Positions 51,536 to 64,000 of a stretch of DNA of 64,000 nt are shown piece by piece; positions within the stretch are counted from its first letter, which is position 1; each line of letters opens with the position of its first letter. The translations under genes and the position numbers were made by a program. The notes under the pieces are model-generated. The model was not told the origin of the DNA. It worked only from the letters and a program-made list of their open reading frames with translations, and searched no databases. Origin of the DNA: Octopus vulgaris (taxonomy: Eukaryota); NCBI GenBank assembly GCA_951406725.2, contig OX597829.1:47368001-47432000 (forward strand). Direction: 5' to 3'.

Positions 51536-51948
51536 ATTATTTACTGTCCTATTTTGTTTGGATCACTATAAATTTTATTATCGCCATAACTTTTTTATTA
51601 CTGCTGAGATTTTTTTTTATTGTTTCATTATTTTAAAGCCAGAATAATGATATTGTTGGTATTGTGATGGTAGATGAGTAATATTTTTTAACACTTGTCT
51701 ACCAATTCCGACTAAACTGTGGAGTTTATATTTTAATTATCCATATAGTCTGAGGTATGATCACCAAGCAGTCAGCCATGTTCTATGGAGTTTCCCCCGA
51801 TATGACCTGATGGTTGTTGAATATGGCGATTAAGCATAGTTTTAACCCAAGTAAATTAATCCAATTCTTTCGAATATGGAAATTTCAGGATATGTTATTA
51901 ATTTGCTGATAGTAAAAACATAGCTTTTTCATGAATCGAACGAATGAA

Positions 51949-52279
<331 letters not shown>

Positions 52280-53427
52280 TTTTTATATATATATATATAT
52301 TTATAAAACCGTTGAGTGAGCATAGGTAACATTTAAGTAGAATTGGAATCTGCTCCATATAAAAACAGACTTTCACACCATCATAGAACACATACGATCA
52401 TATGAGCACTGTACCTTACGAGAATAAATGAATGCATATTATGTGTGCATACATGTATGCAGGCAAACAGCTCTATAGACACGCACACACATACAGGAAC
52501 ACATGTCCGATGTGAGACTGGAAATGAAAAGGTCGTTTAGTTCTTTTGGTTGTGTATCTGCTATCAGTGTCCTTGAAAGGAAGGTGAGATTTCCGTTTTA
52601 ACAACCTTACATAACCAAAAACAGAGCTGGGAGTCAGAATAGTTTTCCTTTTTTTTTTTGCCCCCTTTTTTTTTTATCCAATTTAAAATACAAGTCGAAA
52701 TATCCCGTGGTAATTGCCAACTTCAAACAACACATTGTAATTTGTGTGTGTGTGTGTGTGTGTGTTGGTCGATAGAATACGTTCGAGACAGTAAGTAAAG
52801 GAAATGATACCAGTATCCTTCACTCTGACAGAAAATGTGAATTTTAAAATATAGTACTAAGGAAAAACATACAAATAACATTTACTAAAACACCCCCTAG
52901 CCCTTTCTCTCACAATCTGGGTTCAGTGAAGCAGTCATTCACACAAACAGGAATACATGAAAACATACCGCTGATATCGCGGGGAGCTGCCGGGGTCTTT
53001 TAACACAGGTGTAATTCCTATTTGAATTGCTTTAGTGGAGACGTTTGGCAGAAAATGATTGAATGAATCTCGGGGTAATTGTGAATAACGTTTTTCTCTT
53101 AAACATTTCTGTCGTTCTTAAGTTTGTTTCTTTGTTCGTTTGTCTTTTAATGAGCGTTTTCCTTTAAGAAAAAAAAAAAATTTCATTACTTCCTTCTAAT
53201 AGATTATTGAACTAGCGAATAAAAATAACCTGGAAAGCAATTCTGTTCAATATTCAAGTGATCGCACATGGAACCATGCTTTTGCAAGCGAGAGAATCTT
53301 TTCTTTATGAATGAAAAGACCAACTTTGTAATGAACATGTGAATACATTAATTTAAGTGCAAGAGAAGTATACGCATAGTACATGTTCTATGCAATGTAG
53401 TTGATTTTTGACCTACACTTCTTTAAA

Positions 53428-53605
53428 CTCTCTACTCTTTTACTTGTTTCAGTCATTTGACTGTGGCCATGCTGGAGCACCGCTTTTTAATCGAGCAAAT
53501 CGACCCCAGGACTTATTCTTTGTAAGCCTGGTACTTATTCTATCGGTCTCTTTTGCCGAACTGCTAAGTTACGGGGACGTAAACACCAGCATCAGTTGGG
53601 GTGGA

Positions 53606-53657
<52 letters not shown>

Positions 53658-53663
53658 GATATA

Positions 53664-53700
<37 letters not shown>

Positions 53701-53867
53701 GTAGATGGGCTTCTTTCAGTTTCCGCCTACCAAATCCACTTACAAGGCTTTGGTCGGCCCGAGGCTATAGTAGAAGACACTTGCCCATGATGCCATGTAG
53801 TGGGACTGAGCTCGGAACCATGTGGTTGGTAAGCAAGCTACTTACCACACAGCCACTCCTACGCCTA
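53428..53867 (-). mobile_element. SINE-A full length
   Basis: Reverse copy. Confidence 0.9.
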
Positions 53868-55085
53868 TGCTGAAACAAATGTGAAGTGTCCCACGGTCGA
53901 AATCGAATTGATTGCTATTGCTTATACTCTGTCAAGTTAATGGTGAAAAGTGTTTTATTCTGACACTATCCAATGTGTCTTTCCAATTTTTAAAAGCAGT
54001 TGAGTTATTTGAGGGAAGTTTGACTATTCTTTCTCTCACATAGGCTCATGTTTTTTTAATTTGCAGCGCTGATCGAGCTGATTCGTCTAATAAGCAAAGC
54101 TTGTATGATCCAATGTGATGTTGCTTCTTTTAAATGTTTCGAGGGAGATTAAGCTGACATTTCTCGCAAGCCGAGGAGAAATATTATGCTATCTTATACT
54201 ATATCGATTATTTTCATTTCCCAGGTAGAAAAAAATCGCCCCTAGCCTATTGGTTTTCTTTAACTAGTTCCATCCTGTGAGGTTTTGCTTGTTCTTCTTT
54301 TCTTCTCCCTATTTCGTTTTACATTCTAACCACTTTTTATTTTCCTACTATTCTTTCTTATCAAGCAGACTTAAGATCGAAGAATTCCTGTTGAGACCGT
54401 GCAGTCTTTTCGATAGAAAATCTAGAAATACATTATCCTGTCTACACATGTGCCTGTACCTTTGAGATGGCATGCTGACGGAGAATGGTTGCTGTTTGAA
54501 GCGAATTAACCGACCCCGTATATGCTCCCTCGTTGTGTCGATATTAACACATTTTAAATATTCTTCAAATCCTCCTTTATTACACAAAGACCAGATACCA
54601 AACTTGATCCAAACGCGGCTGGATGTTTAAGAAACAGGCTTCATATATTTCGGTTCGACCCCACTTGTAAGGTAACCTAAAGCAAGTGTTTTCTATCAGA
54701 AGTTCAGCCTGGCCAATTATTTGTAAATGGATATTAGATACATTCCTTAATTCCGCCCTCGTATTTCCTATTTCGCTTATATATATATACATATATATGT
54801 ATGTACATGTGTGTATGATCTTGTGCCGACTCTTTTCGCCGGTGAAAAAATTGAGAAGCCAGTGTTTTCGAACTAAAATTCCTTCTGTGTATGTGTTCTG
54901 TTTGAGTTGCACAGGCATACTCTTCTTGTCAGTATCGCCATCACAAATACAAATACAGTGAACGAGTGATTGTCATTAAATAAATATAACACAAACTGCA
55001 GATATGTAAAGAGTTCGTTTCCTACTTGTCAGACGTGTTTCTTCATTTTTACATTTGACTTTGATGATGAAGATAATGATAATAA

Positions 55086-55520
55086 TGGTTTCAAATTTTG
55101 GCACAAATCTAGCAAGTTCGGGGAGGGTGTAGGTCGATTACATCGACCCCAGTACTCAACTGGTACTTATTTTATGGATAGGCAATGATAATCCTTTCTA
55201 CTATAGGCCTGAAATTTTGTGGAAAGGGACTAGTTCCAGCGCTTGACTGGCACTTATTTCATCACCCCCGAAAGGATGAAAAGCAAAATCGACCTCGCCG
55301 GAATTTGAACTCAGAACGTAAAGCTGAAAGAAATGCCTCTAAGCATTTTGTTCGATGTGCTAACTGTTCTACCAACTCATCGAATTAATAATAATAATTT
55401 TGGCACAAGGTCAGCAAGTTCGAGATGGGGTATAAGTTGATTACATCGACCCCAGTTCTATACTAGTACTTTTTTTTATCGATCCCGAAAGGATGAATGG
55501 CAAAGTCGACCTCAGCGGCA
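55086..55520 (-). mobile_element. Three degenerate tandem SINE-B pieces (tail 2)
   Basis: Repeated ttttggcacaa / gattacatcgacccc / cccgaaaggatgaa. Confidence 0.75.
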
Positions 55521-56527
55521 TGTGTTAAAACCAGTTATTGAACCGACGACGTTAATGAGGTCTATTCGACCGAAACATGTCTTTCTTCCTGTCCGCAAAT
55601 AGAGCTAAAATTTCTATCGAAGCATGCAAAATAATTTTGCTGCATGTGGCGCATCACTGCTTGACTTATGTTGGTACTGCAACTTTGTCCCGGGAAAATC
55701 CTGGCCTAACAGACTTGTATAGATTGTATACATATTTATTTGTCCGTTTGCTTTTTCTCTACGCAGCGTACCTCGACAGACCACAATATCTAACAAGCCT
55801 CTAAGTCTTTAAAGAAGTGTTTAATTTGAGAGAGATTCTGTTGCTATTTTTAGCAGTTCCATTAGCCACACAGCTGCTCTCTTTGGCTCGAAGTAATGTA
55901 TGCTGTATCGTTAGACGAAACAAAAAAAAAAAAATAGCCGAATGCACAGCTCAAAATGTTAACTTCTACCTCGTTTAATAAGAGGTCATATGCAAAAATG
56001 AAATAGGCCGTCTTTTGTATACGTGACAGATCAAGTTTCAAGGAGGTTATAGCTTAAAGTGTTTTGACGTGACAAGATAAAAACTATTTCAGGTTTTGCA
56101 GAAACTGGCGGATTTATTTTATCTATTCATTCCCCGCCTACTCGAGGGAGTACATCGAAATTTTCTGTAAATATGCACAATATGGTAACGAAGTGAATGT
56201 TTGGTAACCGGTATTTATTGGCACCCAAGAACCACATGCCCACGATTATCCTCTTATCTTCAGAAAATAAGCCAGTCTTTTCCCTCAGTGACATGTTAAC
56301 TTCAAAGAATCCTTCATTCTTGGGATTATCTCCCTTTCTCGTGTGCAGCTGATCCTAAGCACCTTTCATTAATTATGATACATCCACCAGAGACGGAGGA
56401 TGATATTAATAAATCAAGAATTTGTTATATAGTATTTGATGTACCTGTATTTGTCTGCATGTTCTGCTACGGGTCATCACTGGCCACTCTGAGTTGGTTC
56501 TCTTAACTGAGTTTTGTTTAAATGGTA

Positions 56528-56916
56528 CAGTCGTGGTTGTGTAGTAAGAAGCTTACTTCCCAACCACACGGCTCTTAGTTCAGTCCCACTGCGTAGCACC
56601 ACGGACGAGTGTCTTCTACTATAGCCTCAGCCCAACCAAAGCCTTGTGCGTGGATTTGGTAGACAGAAACTGAAAGAAGCCCGTCGTATATAGGGTGTGT
56701 GTGCACGCGTGTGTGTTAGTCCCCTGGTGCCGCTTGACAACGGAGTTTGTACGTTTATGTACCCGTAACCTAGCGGTTCGGCAAAAGAGACTAAGTACTA
56801 AGCTTAACAGAAAGAAAAAAAGAAAAATAAGTACTGGGATCGACTCCTTTGACTAAAAATAATTCTTCAAGGCGGTGCCCCAGCATGGCCGCAGTCTAAT
56901 GACTGAACAAGTAAAA
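56528..56916 (+). mobile_element. SINE-A, diverged full length
   Basis: gttcagtcccactgcg...ggcggtgccccagcatggccgcag. Confidence 0.85.
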
Positions 56917-56962
56917 GGTACACACGCACCTATACACATACATACGTGTGTATGTATGTATG

Positions 56963-57031
<69 letters not shown>

Positions 57032-57063
57032 ACACACATATACACACTAATGTGCATGTGTAT

Positions 57064-57099
<36 letters not shown>

Positions 57100-57330
57100 T
57101 CACTTTGTCTACAGATTTTTCTAAGGACGCAAGCACGGCTGTGCAGTTTTTGCTTCGTAAGCAACGCGGTTTTAGGTTGGGTTGAATCATATTAGACGCG
57201 ACACCTCAGACGTGACGTTGCCATAACCTTAGGTCGGCCCAAAGGATTATGGCTGAAATTTGATAGACGGAAATGTCGTGGAGGTGGTGGTGGTGGTGGA
57301 GGTGGTGGTGAGATGCTGAGTATATTTAAA

Positions 57331-57745
57331 GCGGCGAGCTGGCAGAAACGTTAGCACGTCGGGCGAAATGCTTAGCGGTATTTCGTCTGCCGCTGCGTTC
57401 TGAGTTCAAATTCCGCCGAGGTCGACTTTGCCTTTCATCCTTTCGGGGTCGATAAATCAAGTACCAATTACGCACTGGGGTCGATGTAATCGACTTAATA
57501 CCTATGTCTGTCCTTGTTTGTCCCCTCTGTGTTTAGCCCCTTGTGGGTAATAAAGAAATAGGTATTTCGTCTGCCGTTACGTTGTGAATTCAAATTCCGC
57601 CGAGGTCAACTTTGCTTTTCATCCTTTCGGGGTCGATAAATAAAGTACCAGTTGCGCACTGGGGTCGAAGTAATCGACTTAATCCCTTTGTCTGTCCTTG
57701 TTTGTCCCCTCTATGTTTAGCCCCTTGTGGGCAATAAAGAAATAT
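57331..57745 (+). mobile_element. SINE-B dimer with a single TSD
   Basis: tatatttaaag on both sides; junction at 57561. Confidence 0.92.
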
Positions 57746-57934
57746 ATATTTAAAGATGACACATAATCCGTCACCCAGTTTATTATCACCACTTGTCCCT
57801 TGGTCGCCATTAGCAGAATCCATGCTGTGGCTAGCATTCGTTTTAGGTCTATAATATTAGGATAACTCCTACCTTTTCCTTATCAATCACCTAGGGTCTA
57901 CAAAAAGGGTTACAGCGGTGCCGTTCCCCTGAGT

Positions 57935-58854
57935 CAGTGTTTCTCAACCATTTTCTACATGTGGATCCCTTGATCCTTATTTTACTTGGATGGACAATTT
58001 TGATCCCTATTTTACTATGATGGACCTTTATACCCGTTAAATGTTTAAAAAAATCCTATATGGGGCCTTGTAGCTAATAAATGAAATCATAATTAAATAT
58101 TAAGAATTATATATATATGTGTGTATATATATGTATATATATATATGTGTATATATATATATGTGTGTATATATATGTGTATATATGTGTGTATATATGT
58201 GTGTATATATGTGTATATATATGTGTATATATATGTGTATATATATGTGTATATATATGTGTATATATATGTGTATATATATGTGTATATATATGTGTAT
58301 ATATATATATATATGTGTGTATATATATGTATATATATGTGTATATGTGTATATATATGTGTATATATATGTATATATATATGTATATATATAAAGTTTT
58401 AAGTTATTTTGTGAATTGTAGAAGTATAACAAATTTATTGCAGAAAAAATTTTAAAGACAAGCAGGCGTGGTTGTGGTAAGAAGCTTGCTTCCTAACCGG
58501 GTGCCGGGTTCAGTCCCATTGTGTGGCACCTTGGGCAAGTATTTCCTACTATATATCCTTGGGTCAACCAAAGCCTTGTAAGTGGATTTGGTAGACGGAA
58601 ACTGAAAAAAAGCCCATCGTGTGTGTGTGTGTTGGTGTGTGCGCGCGCGCGTTTCCCACCACCGCTTGACAACTAGCGCTGATGTATTTACGCCACCGTA
58701 ACTTAGAATAAGTACTAGGCTTTAAAAAAGGCTTTGGGGGTCGATTTGTTCGACTAAAACCCTTCAATGAGGTGCTTCAGCATGGCAGCAGTCAAATGAC
58801 TGAAACAAATAATAATAAAAAATAAAAAAGCTAAAGACTGGTTGAGAACCTCTA
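57935..58854. mobile_element. hAT-type MITE split by a TA/TG microsatellite (58107-58393) and a SINE-A (58464-58812, +)
   Basis: Left end cagtgtttctcaacc, right end ggttgagaacctcta. Confidence 0.65.
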
Positions 58855-59458
58855 CTCTTAGCCATAAGAAAAATATAATTGAAATACAGAATTTAGGGTC
58901 TCAGATCCTTTAGATTTATCAAAGGGGACAACTTGATTTGGATAGGTAAAGGGAAGAACAGAAAGCTATTCATTCATTGGTACGACGTCAGATGATATAT
59001 GAAGTGGCTGCTCGCTGCCCAGCACGACACAACTTTCAAGCGTGAGATAAATTAAACGACCATCACTCATTCCCAGTGGAGTAGCTATACTTCATTGACC
59101 TTTTTTTTCCATGGGTTTTTTTTTTTTACACTCGTGTTCATTCAACTGTGCTAATATAAGAGTGAAAAAAATTACCCTACATAAACAAAGATAAGCACCC
59201 GTATATTTCTTTTTCTTTTTGTTGTTGAGTGAGCAAGCCGTATAGTGGAGTGAACCGTGGCAAAATGTAAATTGAGTAAACCCCACTTCCTCTCTGAGTT
59301 TGTTCTAATTGTATAGGTATTTAAGGTAGGTCTGGTGAATCTACAAGATGTCATACTACGATGCTCTAAACACACTATCGCTCCTTTTCGTTGAGAAATA
59401 CAGTGACCCCACTGACATACAAGCATTTGTTTTGACCAATGCAGAGCGGGCTGTACAA

Positions 59459-59689
59459 GCGGCGAGCTGGCAGAATCGTTAGCACGCCGGGCGAAATGCT
59501 TAGCGGTATTTCGTCTGCCGTTACGTTCTGGGTTCAAATTCCGCTGAGGTCGACTTTGCCTTTCATCCTTTCGGGGTCGATAAATTAAGTACCAGTTGCG
59601 TACTGGGGGTCGATATAATCGACTTAATCCGTTTGCTTGTTCTTGTTTGTCCCCTCTGTGTTTAGCCCCTTGTAGGTAATAAAGAAATA
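59459..59689 (+). mobile_element. SINE-B full length
   Basis: TSD gtacaagc. Confidence 0.92.
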
Positions 59690-59807
59690 GGTACAAGCGT
59701 TTTTATTGTTTTATTTTTATTTCTAAGTTCATTTGGATAATGTTCGTAGCCACTTCAACTCCCATCGCTAGAAGATGGTAGGGGTTCGCTCTCCTACTCG
59801 CAATATC

Positions 59808-60032
59808 GATTTCTTTATTACCCACAAGGGGTCAAACATAGAGGGGACAAACAAGGACAAACATAGGTATTAAGTCAATTACATCGACCCCAGTGCGTAA
59901 CTGGTACTTATTTAATCGACCCCGAAACGATGAAAGGCAAAGTCGACCTCGGCGGAATTTGAACTCAGAACGTAGCGGCAGACGAAATACGGCTACACAT
60001 TTCGCCCGGCGTGCTAACGTTTCTGCCAGCTC
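59808..60032 (-). mobile_element. SINE-B full length
   Basis: Reverse copy ~120 bp from the previous one. Confidence 0.92.
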
Positions 60033-60476
60033 GGATGTAGCTGAGGTTAAAAATTCGAAGTAAAGTCCGTTCGAACGGACAGTCATGTTCGAAGTGGCTA
60101 GATTTTAAGAATTAGCATTTCTGCTTGAACTTAGCATAGTTAACCCCTTTCAAGGTTTAAAAGTTGCTTATGATAAAATGTAACCCTTGTCCTCTGTGAC
60201 AAATGGTAAATTTTCGGGTCCTTTTTCTAAAGACAAAAAGCTAAAAAAACGTACACGATTAACCTTATGCGCACACACACACTCAGCCTTCGTTTATCAC
60301 TTATAGTTAGTTCTTGAAGAAAAGGCAAAAATCGCCATTGTTTGTGGCAAAATACTACTTTAACTGTTAATATAAAATTTTGCATGTTATTCCGATAATG
60401 ATACTGAGTGATGTAGCTAATATAGAAATCCATAATCACATACGCGCACGTTAATAATTTATGCGCTCAATCATAT

Positions 60477-60679
60477 ACTCTTTTACTTGTTTCAGTCATT
60501 TGACTGCGGCCATACTGGAGCACCGCCTTTAGTCGAGCAAATCAACCCCAGGACTTATTCTTTGGAAGCTATCGGTCTCTGTTGCCGAACCGCTAAGTTA
60601 CGGAAACGTAAGCACACCAGTATCGGTTGTCAAGCGATGTTGAGGTGGGGGGGGGGGGGACAAACACAGACACACACAC

Positions 60680-60722
<43 letters not shown>

Positions 60723-60886
60723 CGACAGGCTTCTTTCAGTTTCCGTCTACCAAATCCACTCACAAGGCTTTGGTCGGCCCGAGGCTATAGTAGAAGACAC
60801 TTGCCCAAGGTGCCACGCAGTGGGACTGAACCCAGGACCATGTGGTTGGTAAGCAAGGTTCTTACCACGCAGCCACTCCTGCGCCT
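60477..60886 (-). mobile_element. SINE-A full length
   Basis: Reverse copy ending cctgcgcct. Confidence 0.92.
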
Positions 60887-61149
60887 TCTACAAAGTCACT
60901 GTTGTGTTTAGTGTAACAATGAAATGTGATAGATAGGTTGATATATATAGGAGAACATGTACCTGTTCAAATTGTTTCTCTTGTTTACTTATTCATGATG
61001 CATTCGAAAATATTGTCGGTTATAAGTACTCCACCCAGGCACAACCGATCGAGCACGTTTGAGTTCTTAAAACCACAGTCTGAAAAGTAAAACCAATTGC
61101 GAAGCAAAACAAAGAGATACACAAGAAAAAAAGTCACCACACCTTGAAT

Positions 61150-61335
61150 GTACTTTTTCATTGGTTTAGCTGTCACAAAGACGACTGCATATATTTGTTT
61201 GAACTGGTGTATACTGTGAAATATGAATAGATGCATTCTCCATAAGTATGTGCTTGGCTGTAGTTGCACGGGTCTTTGATATAACCTATACGTAAGTTGT
61301 TTGTGTATTCGCATATTTTCATTTGAGATATAGAG
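61150..61335 (-). pseudogene. Possible Penelope GIY-YIG endonuclease C-terminal relic
   Basis: Across two frames: MRIHKQ / IKDPC...HTYGECIYS. Confidence 0.3.
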
Positions 61336-61482
61336 AAATTGCGCGAAGGCGTATGTCTAAGTACCCGCAAGCCAACTTCAAACTTCTTATGTATAAGCTA
61401 TCAGCAAATCTTACTTCTTAAGATCAAGTCTATTTAGGATCGATTGAAATATAAGCACTGCGGCGTATTTATTTATTTTACA

Positions 61483-61708
61483 GAGTAGCTGTGTAGTAAG
61501 CGGCTTGCTTACCAACCACATGGTTCCGGGTTCAGTCCCACTACGTGGCACCTTGGGCAAGTGTCTTCTACTATAGCCTCGGACCGACCAAAGCCTTGTG
61601 AGTGGATTTGATAGACGGAAACTGAAAGAAACCCGTCGTATATATGTGTGTGTGTGTCGTCTTCTAAGAGTTATACGTTCTTGTCCATGTTGTATTTTTC
61701 TACATACC

Positions 61709-61753
<45 letters not shown>

Positions 61754-61890
61754 GTGTGTATATGTTTGTGTCTGTGTTTGTCCCCCCACCCAACATCGCT
61801 TGACAACAGATGCTGGTGTGTTTACGTCCCCGTAACTTAGCGGTTCGGCAAAAGGGACCGATAGAATAAGCACCAAGCTTAATAACAAGT
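61483..61890 (+). mobile_element. SINE-A with a foreign ~55-bp insert in its microsatellite
   Basis: Consensus head and tail; extra cgtcttctaagagttatacg...acatacctt at ~61658-61710. Confidence 0.88.
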
Positions 61891-64000
61891 AAAACAAAAA
61901 ATATAAATGTTAATTCAAATATCTTTATTATAATAATGATATGAAAGTAAATACTCTTTCCTGATTAACATTTAATAGCTTCAGTTTTGAAATCTGTCAC
62001 TATCTGTCCAGATATTGACCAATGGCTCACCACAGGTTAGCGGTTTTCTTAGGTTGTTCTGTCGTGCCGAATCTACTAATCTGATATGAATATAAACATA
62101 AACTTCAGGCAATTCACGTACGCAATATGACTTAATCTCGCTTCTGAAAACAAATTAATACCAGATTATCATGATACTGCAAAGAAGAGAATCATTAAGA
62201 AAATTTGCCTCCTTTTGCTAGGTCTGTGGCACTCACGTAGCACACCTAATATATGAGTTTTATTGTTAGGTTTGCAATGTTTCCTTGCAGTGTTATAAGA
62301 AATAATCATAATGAGACGTTTCGGAATTATGACTTCGTCAGTGATAGATAAAAATTTGTCTAATTCCTATTCGAAATATTTTGGATACAGCACCTTCTCT
62401 TTTAGAAACTTTGCTTTGTAATGGAAGAGAATTACTCATGAGTTTCTCATCTATAATCTTCAGACAAAAGACAACAATGGCCAGTTGCTTTAAAACCAAT
62501 GGATAATGTTATATCTGATTATACTGTTTTTTACTGCAGTGAGACTCTCAATTGCTCTTAATCGAGAAGACTTATATGTATGTACGTACGTACATCAATG
62601 TATACTCAACTTGCTAGCACCTTTGTAAATAAATGTATTTTATGCATAAACACAATATATGTATTTACAAACATTTCTAAACTTGGTTAAATACGCTCAT
62701 AAATGTAATAAATACCTAAAGAAACTAAAGTATTAAGGAGATGTACTTGCATAGCAAGTGACCTGAAACAACTATCAAACTTGAATACGTAACATATTTT
62801 TGTCCTTTTAAATATTTTATTTTCGCGGTATTTGGCGACACCATTTAGTATCGATTGACGTAAGTGGCAGTTCGAACGAGTTTGGATCATCCACAAATCC
62901 ACTGAGGCGAGATATACCGAGCCTCGAACATTGTTGGAGCCAAATTACACAGCAGAATTATTTGGATGATGACGTTTGAATTACCGTTGTTATCAACGCA
63001 AGAAAAGGAGAAAAAATGCTGGTTTCATTCATGTCTTGCACACTCAAATGAATAAATAGGACAATAATTTGATAAACTTTTGTAAGCTTTTCTGAATTTA
63101 CAACGATAGTGTAACCAGTGAAAAAATTTGCTCGTTGTCACTCGATCTGCTAGAAATTGCAAAAACAACTCTTTCTTGAATCATTTCCTATCAAGAGCTT
63201 TCCTTCTTAAAAAGTTGCAATTATATATATAGCTGGTATTCATTCCTATTTCAAGAGCGAACAGAGGAAACAAAGAAAATGCACACGTGCATGCGTGCGC
63301 ATACACACATTTATAGTAACATACATATACTAGAGAAATGTTGTACATAGATGATTAGTGTTACTTTATATAATTCACAAGTGTTGAACGTGTTTGTGTG
63401 CAAATAACTGTAAAAAAGAAAGTACGGGCTGTTTGTCTGTGTATGTATGGCTGTGTATGCATGGCTGTACACCTTTTAACAATGAATATTCAAAAGCCGT
63501 TCACGATGGCTACCCCGGCGAATGCGTAAATAAAACGGAAGTATTGATGTTAGTCTTCCCAGGAAAATTTACTCCCGATGGGAGTGAATACGTTCTAACC
63601 TTTTTCACTGTGACAGTTCATCCGCAAGATGAGTGTCAAGTCACTTGCACGCCAGATGTCATTCGGGTGCATTCCTCGGGGTCGTTACTCACCATTAAGG
63701 GTGAAGTGAGATCTTCTATAGAAATATTGTAGAATAAACTTACCGACCGCCTGACCGCGCGAATGGCTGGCTGCCTGCCTTATTAGCTAGCGGCTGATTT
63801 ACTGCACTACTTAGAAGTACGAGTTGGAAATAGAGAATATTTTTTCTCTCTCTCCTTACCCGTATACCCTTTGAATTGTGTGCGAGTATGTTATTTACAT
63901 TTGTATGGAAAATTACGCATAATAAATTCTAGTGCATTTACATTTGTCGTTGTTGTTTAACCTCAAATAAGCCCTGTTTCAGCACATCTGTAATCAGACA

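Noticed and set aside
63560-63690. Integrase-like words on the minus strand (PRGMHPNDIW, ERIHSH)
   Set aside because: Spacing is far too short for a DDE core and the catalytic residues are absent

Overview
This is an AT-rich, repeat-saturated eukaryotic intronic/intergenic window with no intact protein-coding gene. Nearly all ORFs in the supplied track are read-throughs of (CA)n/(TA)n microsatellites and SINEs. The SINE repertoire resembles that of an octopod cephalopod (inference from recalled repeat families, not verified). Contents: about 25 full or partial copies of a tRNA-headed SINE with an internal CA/TA microsatellite (SINE-A); about 25 units of a tRNA-headed Meta-domain-like SINE (SINE-B), often as multimers with one fixed junction; three further modular tRNA-SINEs; hAT, piggyBac and mariner MITEs; decayed Tc1, mariner and Penelope coding relics; and several fold-back inserts. 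Most notable: (1) a decayed A32/FtsK-HerA-like viral packaging ATPase fragment (Polinton/PLV/NCLDV type) inside an A-B'-A-B duplication-inversion at ~32.7-33.6 kb; (2) a near-intact minimal hammerhead ribozyme motif in a (TA)n-embedded fold-back at 14.7 kb; (3) recurrent SINE-B-in-SINE-B junctions at one fixed nucleotide, plus a probable fragment of the partner LINE; (4) an RFX X-box overlapping an ATG and followed by a splice donor at 23.1 kb. All calls are by eye; coordinates of degenerate copies are approximate.
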